A DNA stretch of 64,000 nt from an uncultured virus (IMG/VR IMGVR_UViG_3300028678_000003) (lineage: Duplodnaviria; Heunggongvirae; Uroviricota; Caudoviricetes), in IMG/VR virus record IMGVR_UViG_3300028678_000003; one strand, written 5' to 3'. Made by a program: the position numbers and the translations under genes. The notes beneath the pieces are model-generated. The model was not told where the DNA came from and did not search any database. It saw only the letters and a list, made by a program, of their open reading frames with translations. Of the stretch, positions 19,616 to 28,139 are shown piece after piece (the stretch's first letter is position 1; each line of letters begins with the position of its first letter).

Positions 19616-21976
19616 TTATTTTTTTACGATTATTTTACTTCTGTTTAACACTACCATAAATGAATTTCCCCGACCGTTTCCGTCAGGCGCTATTAAAGCG
19701 TCATACCCCTTTAAAGCGGCATAAACTCCTATGGCTTCACGATTGTGGTGTCTTGTGTTATCATATATCGCTGAATATACATCAGCATCCGCATTCTTTG
19801 GTTTCTTTAAAGCGTCTAATTCTTCTTTAGCCGTTACATTGGCTTTAAATAACGCATTTACTTCGCCTTTCATTGCCGCTACTTTATCTCCCATTTCATC
19901 CACTCCTTTTGTGACCGCTTTGTCGATTACCTTATAATGATTGTTCATGAACCATTCTTGAAATTCTTGAACAGGATAACTATACGGGTTGGTGAACGCA
20001 TTCTTTTGTTTTATTGCATTATTTTCGTACCTATATTTACTAAACATCAAAGATGTCTTAGAGTTTGGCATTTTTAAAATAAATACATTTGAATTAGGAG
20101 CTTTTTCAGTAACCGTTCCCCCGTTTGACGTAACCCATTTAGTTATATTTTTACCAAAGAAATCGTCAAACTTAGGGTAATCGGGTTTATCATCGTCGTC
20201 TAATTTCCCCCAATCTATACTATCAATAGTAAGTTGATGGTCGACTAACGACGCTTCGTCCCAATGCATATCTGCTTTTATGTCAGCTGTTACTTTTTCG
20301 GTGATATGTAATAATTCGTCTTTCTTTATTTCTAGCTCTTTGTATAAATTGTCTACTTCCGCTTGCTTCGCCAAAGCTGCTTGAGTATCGAATGTTGTAA
20401 GTTTTTCAATTTCTTTTTTTAAATCTTCAATCTTAGCGACTTTGGCACTTTTGTCCATTGTACATTCCAATATCTGACCCCCGCTATGTGCATATTGGTG
20501 TGCGTGGGAATACGCGTCAGACTTTTTATAATCAGCTTCGGTTCTTTGTTTATTGGCTCCATCGTTTACATGAAAGTAAATACCTTGACCGTAATACCCC
20601 ATAGTCCCATAAAAGCATTCATCTGTATATTTGAACTCGTCAGCCCAATATAAAGCGGTTTTCCCTCTTCCGTCATCAAGCCCCCTGAATAATTGTATAT
20701 CCCCTTTGGCTATTTTATCCCAGTAATTCTTATGTTCTACTACCAACGGTCTAGCATCAAATCCGCGGGATTGACAAATAGTATCTAATAATTCCCAACC
20801 GTGCTTACCTGTGTTATTTAATTTGCCATCAGCACTTGAACCGTTAGCTTGAGACCAAAAATCCTTCAATTCATCATCTGAAAATTCCCTATACATGTCA
20901 ACGTCCGGAAGTAAAGTCCTCGGTAAAACGGTACGGTTTAATTTCTTGTCCGCGTCTTCGATGTCTTTTTTTATTTTTTCAAGACTGCTAAAACGTTTAA
21001 TCATAACGTCCGCTAAAACCGCGTCTCCCGATAAAGAAATAAAGTTTAGGACATCATCCTTTTTCTTTATTACTTCATTTATCTGGTCAACTTTTTCTTT
21101 ATTAGTCAGATTACCTAAAACAGTAGGATTATATTTCAGCATACTGGCCCAATCATTGACATCATTATCAAATCCCTTCATGCCCCCTTGAGCCTTGTAA
21201 AACAAAGAACCCCCGTTATCAACTCGCACTAACCGACCCGCTGAATCAATTAATATATTGTCGTTTTTATAGACATCCCAATTTGATAATAGCGCATCGG
21301 CTGCGTACCCTTTAGCCATATCGGGATAATTAGAAGAATCCGGAACTTTAGCAAAAGGTATAAATTTGGACAACAATGTTTTATTTCCTTTACCGTCATC
21401 ATACATTTCCATATCCGGAACACGTTGTCCGAGTATATGATAAAGTTGTGTCGCCATGTACTCGGAAGCTACGTGTCCGTTGGAAGTATTACTCCCCTTC
21501 TTCATCACGTATTGATTGCCCTTCGAGTCTTCAACCAACTGAGCCCCCGTACTACCGCCGAGTGCTTTAATTACCTTAAGATTGCTTATATCTTTGGGGA
21601 ACATATCGTTTACATACGCAACATTCATATCCGCTTTTTTGCTTGTTTGTTTAGCGTTGCCTGCCAACACATGACCCTTGTATACTCGCCAATCGTATGT
21701 GGTTGTAGCGCCAGGAGTTAGAGTCCATATATATACAATTCCATCAACGTTTTTAGTTTGGCCAGGAAGTATTGCCTTGCATATTTCAACGTCTTGAGCG
21801 ACTTCGTTTAAAAAATCGGCGATGGATTTTGATACATAAAGGTGGTATTCGTAATCATCCATAAAATCGTCGGACTTTATCTTATATGCGTCACAAGCCT
21901 TTATCAATGTATCGTAAGAAGAATCGTCCAGCGCAAACTGAGAGATCCTCTCCAATGCTACTCTATATTCATTCAT
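19616..21976 (-). CDS. Putative virion cargo protein: PI3/4-kinase/HipA-like kinase domain plus ADP-ribosyltransferase-like domain
   Basis: Kinase motifs LGGSTGA, YVMK, SEY, LLSNWD...NIL and VDNGGSL. ART-like motifs LFRG, YGQGIYF and KGYDA...VVLNR. Confidence 0.65.
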   Translation of the reverse strand: MNEYRVALERISQFALDDSSYDTLIKACDAYKIKSDDFMDDYEYHLYVSKSIADFLNEVAQDVEICKAILPGQTKNVDGIVYIWTLTPGATTTYDWRVYKGHVLAGNAKQTSKKADMNVAYVNDMFPKDISNLKVIKALGGSTGAQLVEDSKGNQYVMKKGSNTSNGHVASEYMATQLYHILGQRVPDMEMYDDGKGNKTLLSKFIPFAKVPDSSNYPDMAKGYAADALLSNWDVYKNDNILIDSAGRLVRVDNGGSLFYKAQGGMKGFDNDVNDWASMLKYNPTVLGNLTNKEKVDQINEVIKKKDDVLNFISLSGDAVLADVMIKRFSSLEKIKKDIEDADKKLNRTVLPRTLLPDVDMYREFSDDELKDFWSQANGSSADGKLNNTGKHGWELLDTICQSRGFDARPLVVEHKNYWDKIAKGDIQLFRGLDDGRGKTALYWADEFKYTDECFYGTMGYYGQGIYFHVNDGANKQRTEADYKKSDAYSHAHQYAHSGGQILECTMDKSAKVAKIEDLKKEIEKLTTFDTQAALAKQAEVDNLYKELEIKKDELLHITEKVTADIKADMHWDEASLVDHQLTIDSIDWGKLDDDDKPDYPKFDDFFGKNITKWVTSNGGTVTEKAPNSNVFILKMPNSKTSLMFSKYRYENNAIKQKNAFTNPYSYPVQEFQEWFMNNHYKVIDKAVTKGVDEMGDKVAAMKGEVNALFKANVTAKEELDALKKPKNADADVYSAIYDNTRHHNREAIGVYAALKGYDALIAPDGNGRGNSFMVVLNRSKIIVKK

Positions 21977-21978
21977 GA

Positions 21979-23553
21979 TTATCCTTCAGTTTCTTCGAAC
22001 AATAAAGATTCAGCTTTTTCAATCGACATTTCGTTTATTTGGTCTTCAAACGATTTTTCAATTACTTCCGGAACGATAACCGTTTCTTGAAAAGTTTCAG
22101 CTTTTTCAAAAATTTCAACGCTTGAAACAAACTCATTATCGTCAGCCTTCGTTAAAACCTGCAACGCTTGAGTTTCCCAATCCTTGTCTTTTGTTCCTAA
22201 ATATTTTTGAAAATTGGCGCTTTGTTTTCTTAGGTTGGCTCTAGTTGCAGTTCTGCGTTCGTTAAGTATCTTTGAGAAAGTTCGAGTGGTAAATTGTGCT
22301 GGGTCAATATTGTTTTCGTGCCTGATAATTAAATCTAGAAGTTCTTGACGTTCTTTGTCATCTTCGGCTGCATCATCCAAACGTGGAGCCGAATCAAATT
22401 CATAGTCTTGGAAACGACTTTTCATCGTTTCAATTGTTTCATGAATTGTTAAGTAAATTTCCGAAACAACCCCGCGGGACAAAATAGCTTTTGTGTCCTC
22501 GTTTTCAGACAAGGTATTAACGTCTTTATTCGTCATTACCATTATACGCCCCGTAAATTCAAAATTACTTTTTACATCGTCTGGGTCTCCGATAATTCTT
22601 TTTCCGGTCGCCGATGTAGCCTTTTTCATAACCGAAGCGCAATCGGCGCGGGTGATTACTTTATCCGTATCATCAAACAATATGATTTTCCCGTTGTGAG
22701 CTTTTAGGATAGTCAACAATTGTTTTCCCGAAGCTACGTCGGTTGCTTCAAAGATGTCATAATCTCCATCACCAGGAGTGTCGCCTTCTTGGAATGGTCT
22801 CATGTTCAATTCTTTTGCAAGTCCGTTGAAACCGTATGTTTTACCAATACCTGCTCCACCTGCTGAAATCATGAACCTTTGACCGTCGTTTTCAAGAAAT
22901 TCCAAATACTTAGCATTCAAATCGAATATTACTTCGTCGGGTTGAATGTAGTTAGGGTCTTTTATTTTTTGTTTGTAAACAAATTTGTCGTAACGTATCC
23001 GGTCAGCTTTACCGATAAGTTTGTTGAATGTTTTTTGAACACGTGGGTCGTTTTTGTTCAAATACCATTCTTCACGAATAGCTTCTTGACCGTCTAAATC
23101 TACTTCTGCGCCGTCGGCGATATCGTCAGTAGAAGCCGCGGCAGGTTTAGCTCCGTTGCCGACCATTTTATTAATTTTGGCTTGTTTAGCCATGTGGTCG
23201 TCTAAAGTTCCAGTTGTGCTTATGCCCGAAATATCAACCCCGCGCTTTTCAAGCTCTTCTCGAGCAATGATACGTTGTTCAGCTTTCGCATTCTTTGCTC
23301 CGGCAAATGTTATTAATTTTGAATCATCGGTTTTAGAAGCCCATTCTTTCAGGGTATCGTTACTCATTGGTTTAGCGGTAGAACTCGAAGTCACGCTCCC
23401 CCTTCCGCCTTGTTTACGCCAATCTTCTTTGCCTGAAGTTAACAACGTCCAAACTAAAGAACTATCTTTAGGGTGCACGTCGCCTATTGCGTGTGCTTTC
23501 TTAATAATATCATCTTTATTCATGCCAATAGTTTTTATTTTTACACATGACAA
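21979..23553 (-). CDS. P-loop/AAA-like ATPase with N-terminal DWR module
   Basis: Walker A GGAGIGKT, Walker B IILFDD and a sensor-like VMTN. Confidence 0.75.
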   Translation of the reverse strand: MSCVKIKTIGMNKDDIIKKAHAIGDVHPKDSSLVWTLLTSGKEDWRKQGGRGSVTSSSTAKPMSNDTLKEWASKTDDSKLITFAGAKNAKAEQRIIAREELEKRGVDISGISTTGTLDDHMAKQAKINKMVGNGAKPAAASTDDIADGAEVDLDGQEAIREEWYLNKNDPRVQKTFNKLIGKADRIRYDKFVYKQKIKDPNYIQPDEVIFDLNAKYLEFLENDGQRFMISAGGAGIGKTYGFNGLAKELNMRPFQEGDTPGDGDYDIFEATDVASGKQLLTILKAHNGKIILFDDTDKVITRADCASVMKKATSATGKRIIGDPDDVKSNFEFTGRIMVMTNKDVNTLSENEDTKAILSRGVVSEIYLTIHETIETMKSRFQDYEFDSAPRLDDAAEDDKERQELLDLIIRHENNIDPAQFTTRTFSKILNERRTATRANLRKQSANFQKYLGTKDKDWETQALQVLTKADDNEFVSSVEIFEKAETFQETVIVPEVIEKSFEDQINEMSIEKAESLLFEETEG

Positions 23554-23566
23554 TTAATAGTTGATT

Positions 23567-25015
23567 CTATTCTGTTTCGAACTCGATTGGTAAATGTATC
23601 CCGAAAAAGTCTTCCATAATCTCACGAGTAACCCGCGTAACCGTATCAGAATCTTCGCCCCGACGCAATTCTTTATTGACTAACTTTTTGCCGCCTTTAA
23701 TTAACCGAATAGTTTCTTCAGCATTTTTTACAGCGTTGAACAATTCCATTACCAAGTCAAAATTATGCTTCGTATCGATTAAATATTGCTTCTGAGTAAT
23801 TTCCCTTTCAGCCTTCTTTAAAGCTTCAGCAAACTCCTTAGGAGTGGCATTCCATGGTATTATTACCGCTCGTATGTTTTCAAACAACGGGTCGTAAATT
23901 TCTTTTGTCGATTTTTCAAGCCCTCGGTAATCTCTCAATACTGGATAACACCCGTTCAACATTGCTTCGATTATAAACCCGTTGATATGCGTACGACAAT
24001 ATTGAGCATAATGGCGTGCCCACGATGGGTCTACGGCAAATTTAGTGCATTGCAATCTGCGAGTTACTTCGACACTACTCACTAAACCAATATAATGCAT
24101 ACCGAACTTCTCGGCTCTATTCCAAACAGTAATTTTTTTATCGTATTCTTCAGGTAAATCAGGGTCGTACCTAATGTCGCAAATATAATTTTCTTTGACC
24201 TTATCTGGAGAAGTCATATAAGCTTGTTCAATGCCGGAACCAGCGACTGTTATGGAATAAGTCCCTTGAATAACATCGTAGTTCATATACGGAACCGCTC
24301 TTAATAAATCCTCAACCCGCTTCATGCTCTTGAATATGTGAGCGGCAAAGAAATCCTCTTTTCGGTCTTTTAATAAAACAACAGGCATTTTTGAGTTTTC
24401 GTCCAGATAACGCGGGTTCAAAAGCAATACCCTCGGCATATCTATATTTTCACAACATTGGTACGCCGCAATATGAGCACATTCCAAATAAAGTATCTTT
24501 TCGTGAAGAGCCGAAACATTGGACGCCCTGATATCGAAGTACGCGTCATGAACAATGAACACTTGTTTTATCTTAGAAGGTAGGTCAAAAAACTTCCACC
24601 AAAAACTTGTATCTTTATGACTCCAAACTGAGCTTTTTGTCGGTACGAAATTCCAAAGTATCAAGTCGGCGTCTTTAACTATCTCGTTCCAACGTTCAAG
24701 AGCGTCAGGCTCATATATCCCTATCTTGTTAGTTGGAGGTAAATAATACCCGTAGTAGTTATTCTTCCAATAACCTGTCGCTTCACTTATTTCGTACCCG
24801 CCGTTTTGAGAATTGATTTTCTGTTTTGACTCAAACGAACCATCCGCTAATTCAATTAGCGATTTGTCGTATGCTTTTTGTTTAGTAGACGTTGGGGATA
24901 TTTGTATAATGTCGATGTCGTGGCCAAGATGTTTGAACGCCTTGACTTTTGACTCAACGTGTTCAACTATCCCGCCATACTTCATTATTTCGAAATCTGC
25001 AATAAAAATCTTCAT
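23567..25015 (-). CDS. GT-B fold glycosyltransferase
   Basis: N-terminal YGGIVEH, VHD, KRVEDL and IEAMLNGCYPV motifs. Confidence 0.75.
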   Translation of the reverse strand: MKIFIADFEIMKYGGIVEHVESKVKAFKHLGHDIDIIQISPTSTKQKAYDKSLIELADGSFESKQKINSQNGGYEISEATGYWKNNYYGYYLPPTNKIGIYEPDALERWNEIVKDADLILWNFVPTKSSVWSHKDTSFWWKFFDLPSKIKQVFIVHDAYFDIRASNVSALHEKILYLECAHIAAYQCCENIDMPRVLLLNPRYLDENSKMPVVLLKDRKEDFFAAHIFKSMKRVEDLLRAVPYMNYDVIQGTYSITVAGSGIEQAYMTSPDKVKENYICDIRYDPDLPEEYDKKITVWNRAEKFGMHYIGLVSSVEVTRRLQCTKFAVDPSWARHYAQYCRTHINGFIIEAMLNGCYPVLRDYRGLEKSTKEIYDPLFENIRAVIIPWNATPKEFAEALKKAEREITQKQYLIDTKHNFDLVMELFNAVKNAEETIRLIKGGKKLVNKELRRGEDSDTVTRVTREIMEDFFGIHLPIEFETE

Positions 25016-25677
25016 TACTTTGTTTTATTTACGTAAATTTCTTCAGGGAGCATTTTCTTTATGTAGCCCTGCTCAAACCAAAGTAGCCCTGATTGGCTCT
25101 TATAAAACCTTTTCGCGAGGTCAAATTTTATGTCGTGAATCTCAACCGTCGGGATTGACTTGTAAAGTTCAAAATCTACCAAGCTGTTTTCAAACTGCTC
25201 TTTTGCCCGCTTCTTATACGAATGAGGAAATTCTCTATAAAAGTAATTTGCTTGAGCTGAAATTAACCAATGTACAAAATAATGGAAAGGGTGCGACTGC
25301 CCGAAAGGAGCTACAATTTTATAATCGGGATTTATCTTTTGAAATTTCCTGATGAAGGCATACAAAGCTTGAGAAATTTCAGTCAACTTATCTTCTCCCC
25401 AATATTCTGTCAAATAATTTAGGGCATTCTCGTGATTAACGGTTTTAAACTGTTTAAAATACCCGTAATAGCTTTGGTCGTCGAACTCTACTGTCAAGTG
25501 GTGAAAAGGTATGTTCAAGAACTCATAAAGGTTCTTATCTTCTTGTATACGCTTTGCATTATTTTCAACGGTCAACACTTGAACTTCGTACCCTTCTCCC
25601 AATAGTGCGTGCGCACAACTAAACAAAATATCATCACTGTGCGGCTGAATTAGCAATAGCTTTTCTACTTTTCCCAT
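25015..25677 (-). CDS. PIG-L/LmbE-family N-deacetylase
   Basis: LLIQPHSDDILFSC, HPFH and YKSQ motifs. Confidence 0.75.
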   Translation of the reverse strand: MGKVEKLLLIQPHSDDILFSCAHALLGEGYEVQVLTVENNAKRIQEDKNLYEFLNIPFHHLTVEFDDQSYYGYFKQFKTVNHENALNYLTEYWGEDKLTEISQALYAFIRKFQKINPDYKIVAPFGQSHPFHYFVHWLISAQANYFYREFPHSYKKRAKEQFENSLVDFELYKSIPTVEIHDIKFDLAKRFYKSQSGLLWFEQGYIKKMLPEEIYVNKTK

Positions 25678-26633
25678 TTTCTTTTTACAATTATTTTTGA
25701 TAAAGGTTGATTCTTTTTTGTTACTGATTGGGCCAATGTCCGGACTTCATCGCTTATTTCCGGAAGTGTCTTTTGACCTGTTGGATCTGGAAGTAATCCA
25801 ACTCGCATGCTTAAATTTGTACAACCTAAACATGGTGAGAAACTTCGTTCCTTATTATACAACATAACTCTGGCGGCTTGAAAACGTTCGTGGTTCCACA
25901 GCGCGTCAATTTCATAGTCAAATATACTGCCAATTGGATAAGTGCCTCTGAAGTCGTCGCAACATAAAGCCACATTTCCATCCCAGCGAAAAGACATTTC
26001 CCTAAACGGCATAGTGCAACGTTTATGTTGGTCTTTGTTATCCAATGGGAACGCTGCTCCACAATGGTTAGTTAGGTTACGAACTAATGATATTTGTTCG
26101 GTACGTATTGGCGGAACAACTAAAATACGGAACTCTTTTTTGTCAGAGAACATTGGTATCCCTGCTTTGAGATATTGTATGTCTTCCTTGCCATCCATCT
26201 CCTTAACAATTTTTGACCAATCTCCTTCGTCTGAATAGTTGTCTAACAATAGATGGTTGATGCCTGCTTCTTTTAAAGCTTCTATTTTTTCGTGTATGAA
26301 ATCTTCTTCTTTTGCGATACCGTACCCGTTCGTTATTAAATGAAATATTGTCTTTGGCAAAGCAAACCTGAAAATACTAATTATGTCCAATAATTGCGGG
26401 TTCAAAGTTGGTTCCCCGTGCATTGCGAAGATTATCTTACTTGGCCAATTTGCTTTAGCTATTTCGCCCGCTATTTCTTTTGCAGTCTTTAGCGTCATAA
26501 AATTCCAAGGAGTAGTACCTTTTTCTCGCATTCCCCTTAACCCGCAAAAACTGCAACCAAGATTACACCCCTCGGTCGGCTCAATTTGTATTGAGTATGG
26601 GGCATGTTGTAATTCTAAATCTTCTAATGCCAT
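25665..26633 (-). CDS. Radical SAM enzyme with SPASM/twitch domain
   Basis: CNLGCSFC (CxxxCxxC) and GEP motifs. C-terminal C...CC...WN...CLGC. Confidence 0.9.
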   Translation of the reverse strand: MALEDLELQHAPYSIQIEPTEGCNLGCSFCGLRGMREKGTTPWNFMTLKTAKEIAGEIAKANWPSKIIFAMHGEPTLNPQLLDIISIFRFALPKTIFHLITNGYGIAKEEDFIHEKIEALKEAGINHLLLDNYSDEGDWSKIVKEMDGKEDIQYLKAGIPMFSDKKEFRILVVPPIRTEQISLVRNLTNHCGAAFPLDNKDQHKRCTMPFREMSFRWDGNVALCCDDFRGTYPIGSIFDYEIDALWNHERFQAARVMLYNKERSFSPCLGCTNLSMRVGLLPDPTGQKTLPEISDEVRTLAQSVTKKNQPLSKIIVKRKWEK

Positions 26634-26639
26634 AATGTA

Positions 26640-26852
26640 TTAATCTTTTTTAAAAATTTCAAATATATAGCCAGTTGACGAACTGTAAATCGTTGCCTTT
26701 GGTTTATCCATCAACTCTATTTTTCGGTTAGTGAAAGGCATGTCTTTTAGTTCTTCGCTACTTATAGAGGCAGTAATTGACATGTCTTCGGGAATCTTTA
26801 TGCCCGACATTGCTAAATTTATAGCAAATTGTTCAACTTCGTTTAGTGTCAT
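26640..26852 (-). CDS. Hypothetical protein
   Basis: 70 aa, first gene after the tmRNA terminator. Confidence 0.55.
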   Translation of the reverse strand: MTLNEVEQFAINLAMSGIKIPEDMSITASISSEELKDMPFTNRKIELMDKPKATIYSSSTGYIFEIFKKD

Positions 26853-26884
26853 AATGTATATTTTTCTTTATTAACTCTGGTGAC

Positions 26885-26913
26885 AAAAATGGGGAGCCTT
26901 TTCGCGGCTCCCC
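26885..26913 (-). terminator. Terminator hairpin ending the tmRNA coding piece
   Basis: Minus strand GGGGAGCC-GCGAAAA-GGCTCCCC-ATTTTT. Confidence 0.8.
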
Positions 26914-27185
26914 TTGGTTCACGTCTTATGCTACTGCTCTGAGCGGTGCATTAGAAAAGTTGATTGTTTTGCCCGTTATAGACAACGACTTTCTCTTTTT
27001 ACCCTACTTATAACGCTGTCAAAACCAAACAGCCCCGTATAATTGTAACTAACATTCCCGTAGTCTAAGGCATAATCGGAATGCAGTTGCCTTCTGTTAG
27101 TTACTCCTCTGGCGAAGGATGTGGAGCTGGAGGGAGTCGAACCCTCGTCCAAACGTATTTCAAATAAACGTCATAGATTGTCGTG
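26890..27185 (-). ncRNA. ssrA: Circularly permuted (two-piece) tmRNA
   Basis: The acceptor piece GGACGAGGGTTCGACTCCCTCCAGCTCCA ends at 27122 and lies upstream of the coding piece, which starts GGGGCTGTTTGGTTTTGAC at 27036. The stem GGGGCTG/CAGCTCC contains G3-U70. Tag frame 26973-26926 reads GKTINFSNAPLRAVA-stop. Outer ends are approximate. Confidence 0.88.
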
Positions 27186-27206
27186 TAATATTAATAACCT
27201 TGGTAG

Positions 27207-28139
27207 TTATTTTGTGACTTTTATGTCAAGCTTCACACCTTGAAGTCTTGGATTTTTAGCAATATATTTTGGAGCAATAGAGAACGCCCGTAAACCTGAA
27301 TCCCAAAGATAACCTTTTTGCTTATGGTTTATTGTGCAACGACAGTACGGGTGAACTGGAGAAATTGTCGCCTTATAATCAGCCGCCTTGAGTCCTATGT
27401 TATTCCCGTTCGCTATTACATCATCCAATACATAAACTATCGGTTCGCTATTTGGGTCTTCTGGGTCTGTCAAGTAAAGCTCTTTGCAATGTTTACAAGC
27501 TCCTTCATAAACATCAAAATAGACTTCGGAATCAACGCCGTGGTTCTTTACGATACTTTGAGCTATTCCGGAGTTATACGCTTCGTGTAATAAGTAGTAA
27601 GCAATACGCAGCCAATCCCTTTCCCAGTCCTTAGTCGCTTCCCCAAGTTCCGCTGCTAGAGTACGCCCGCTTTTTCGTAATTCGACAGCCTTCGCCGCCT
27701 TATCCTTGATTAACGCCTTTATTTTGAATTGGTTCTTTTGATTGCCACGAACTATGATATTTGAAGTACCTTGTCTGATACGACTACCCAGCCCACCAAT
27801 ATCATTATATGCTCGGTTCTTGATTTGTTCAAGAGCAAATCTTTCTTGTTCGGTCAAAGGTATGAAGTTACCAGAACCTAAAAACTTTGTAAACTGCGAG
27901 TAATTCAATCCCTTTGCTCTTTTAGAACCTAATGCGTCGGACAATATTCCAAAGTAGAATGCATGGTCTATTATACCTTGACTATTCTTATACAAATTTA
28001 CGTCAATTCCGGAAGCTAGAAGTAACGCTTTTTCGTTAGCCGACAGATAATTGTATCCAAGTTGTTTACCCACGAATATGCATTCCCACCTTTTGAGTAT
28101 TCCGAGTATATCTTGTATTTGGTTATTGTTGAATATCAT
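27207..28139 (-). CDS. MuF/SPP1 gp7-like head morphogenesis protein
   Basis: C-terminal CKHC...PVHPYCRC signature. Confidence 0.75.
   Translation of the reverse strand: MIFNNNQIQDILGILKRWECIFVGKQLGYNYLSANEKALLLASGIDVNLYKNSQGIIDHAFYFGILSDALGSKRAKGLNYSQFTKFLGSGNFIPLTEQERFALEQIKNRAYNDIGGLGSRIRQGTSNIIVRGNQKNQFKIKALIKDKAAKAVELRKSGRTLAAELGEATKDWERDWLRIAYYLLHEAYNSGIAQSIVKNHGVDSEVYFDVYEGACKHCKELYLTDPEDPNSEPIVYVLDDVIANGNNIGLKAADYKATISPVHPYCRCTINHKQKGYLWDSGLRAFSIAPKYIAKNPRLQGVKLDIKVTK

Noticed and set aside
27037..27121. HDV-like (theta), hammerhead, twister or pistol ribozyme assignment
   Set aside because: There is not enough room for P3/L3 of the HDV fold, and the other catalytic consensus motifs were not found. 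It is kept only as an unassigned structure.
27121..27150. tRNA gene or attP-like tRNA 3' fragment
   Set aside because: No anticodon or D arm upstream. The matching 5' strand, tag frame and terminator lie downstream, which a permuted tmRNA explains. No integrase is seen in the window.
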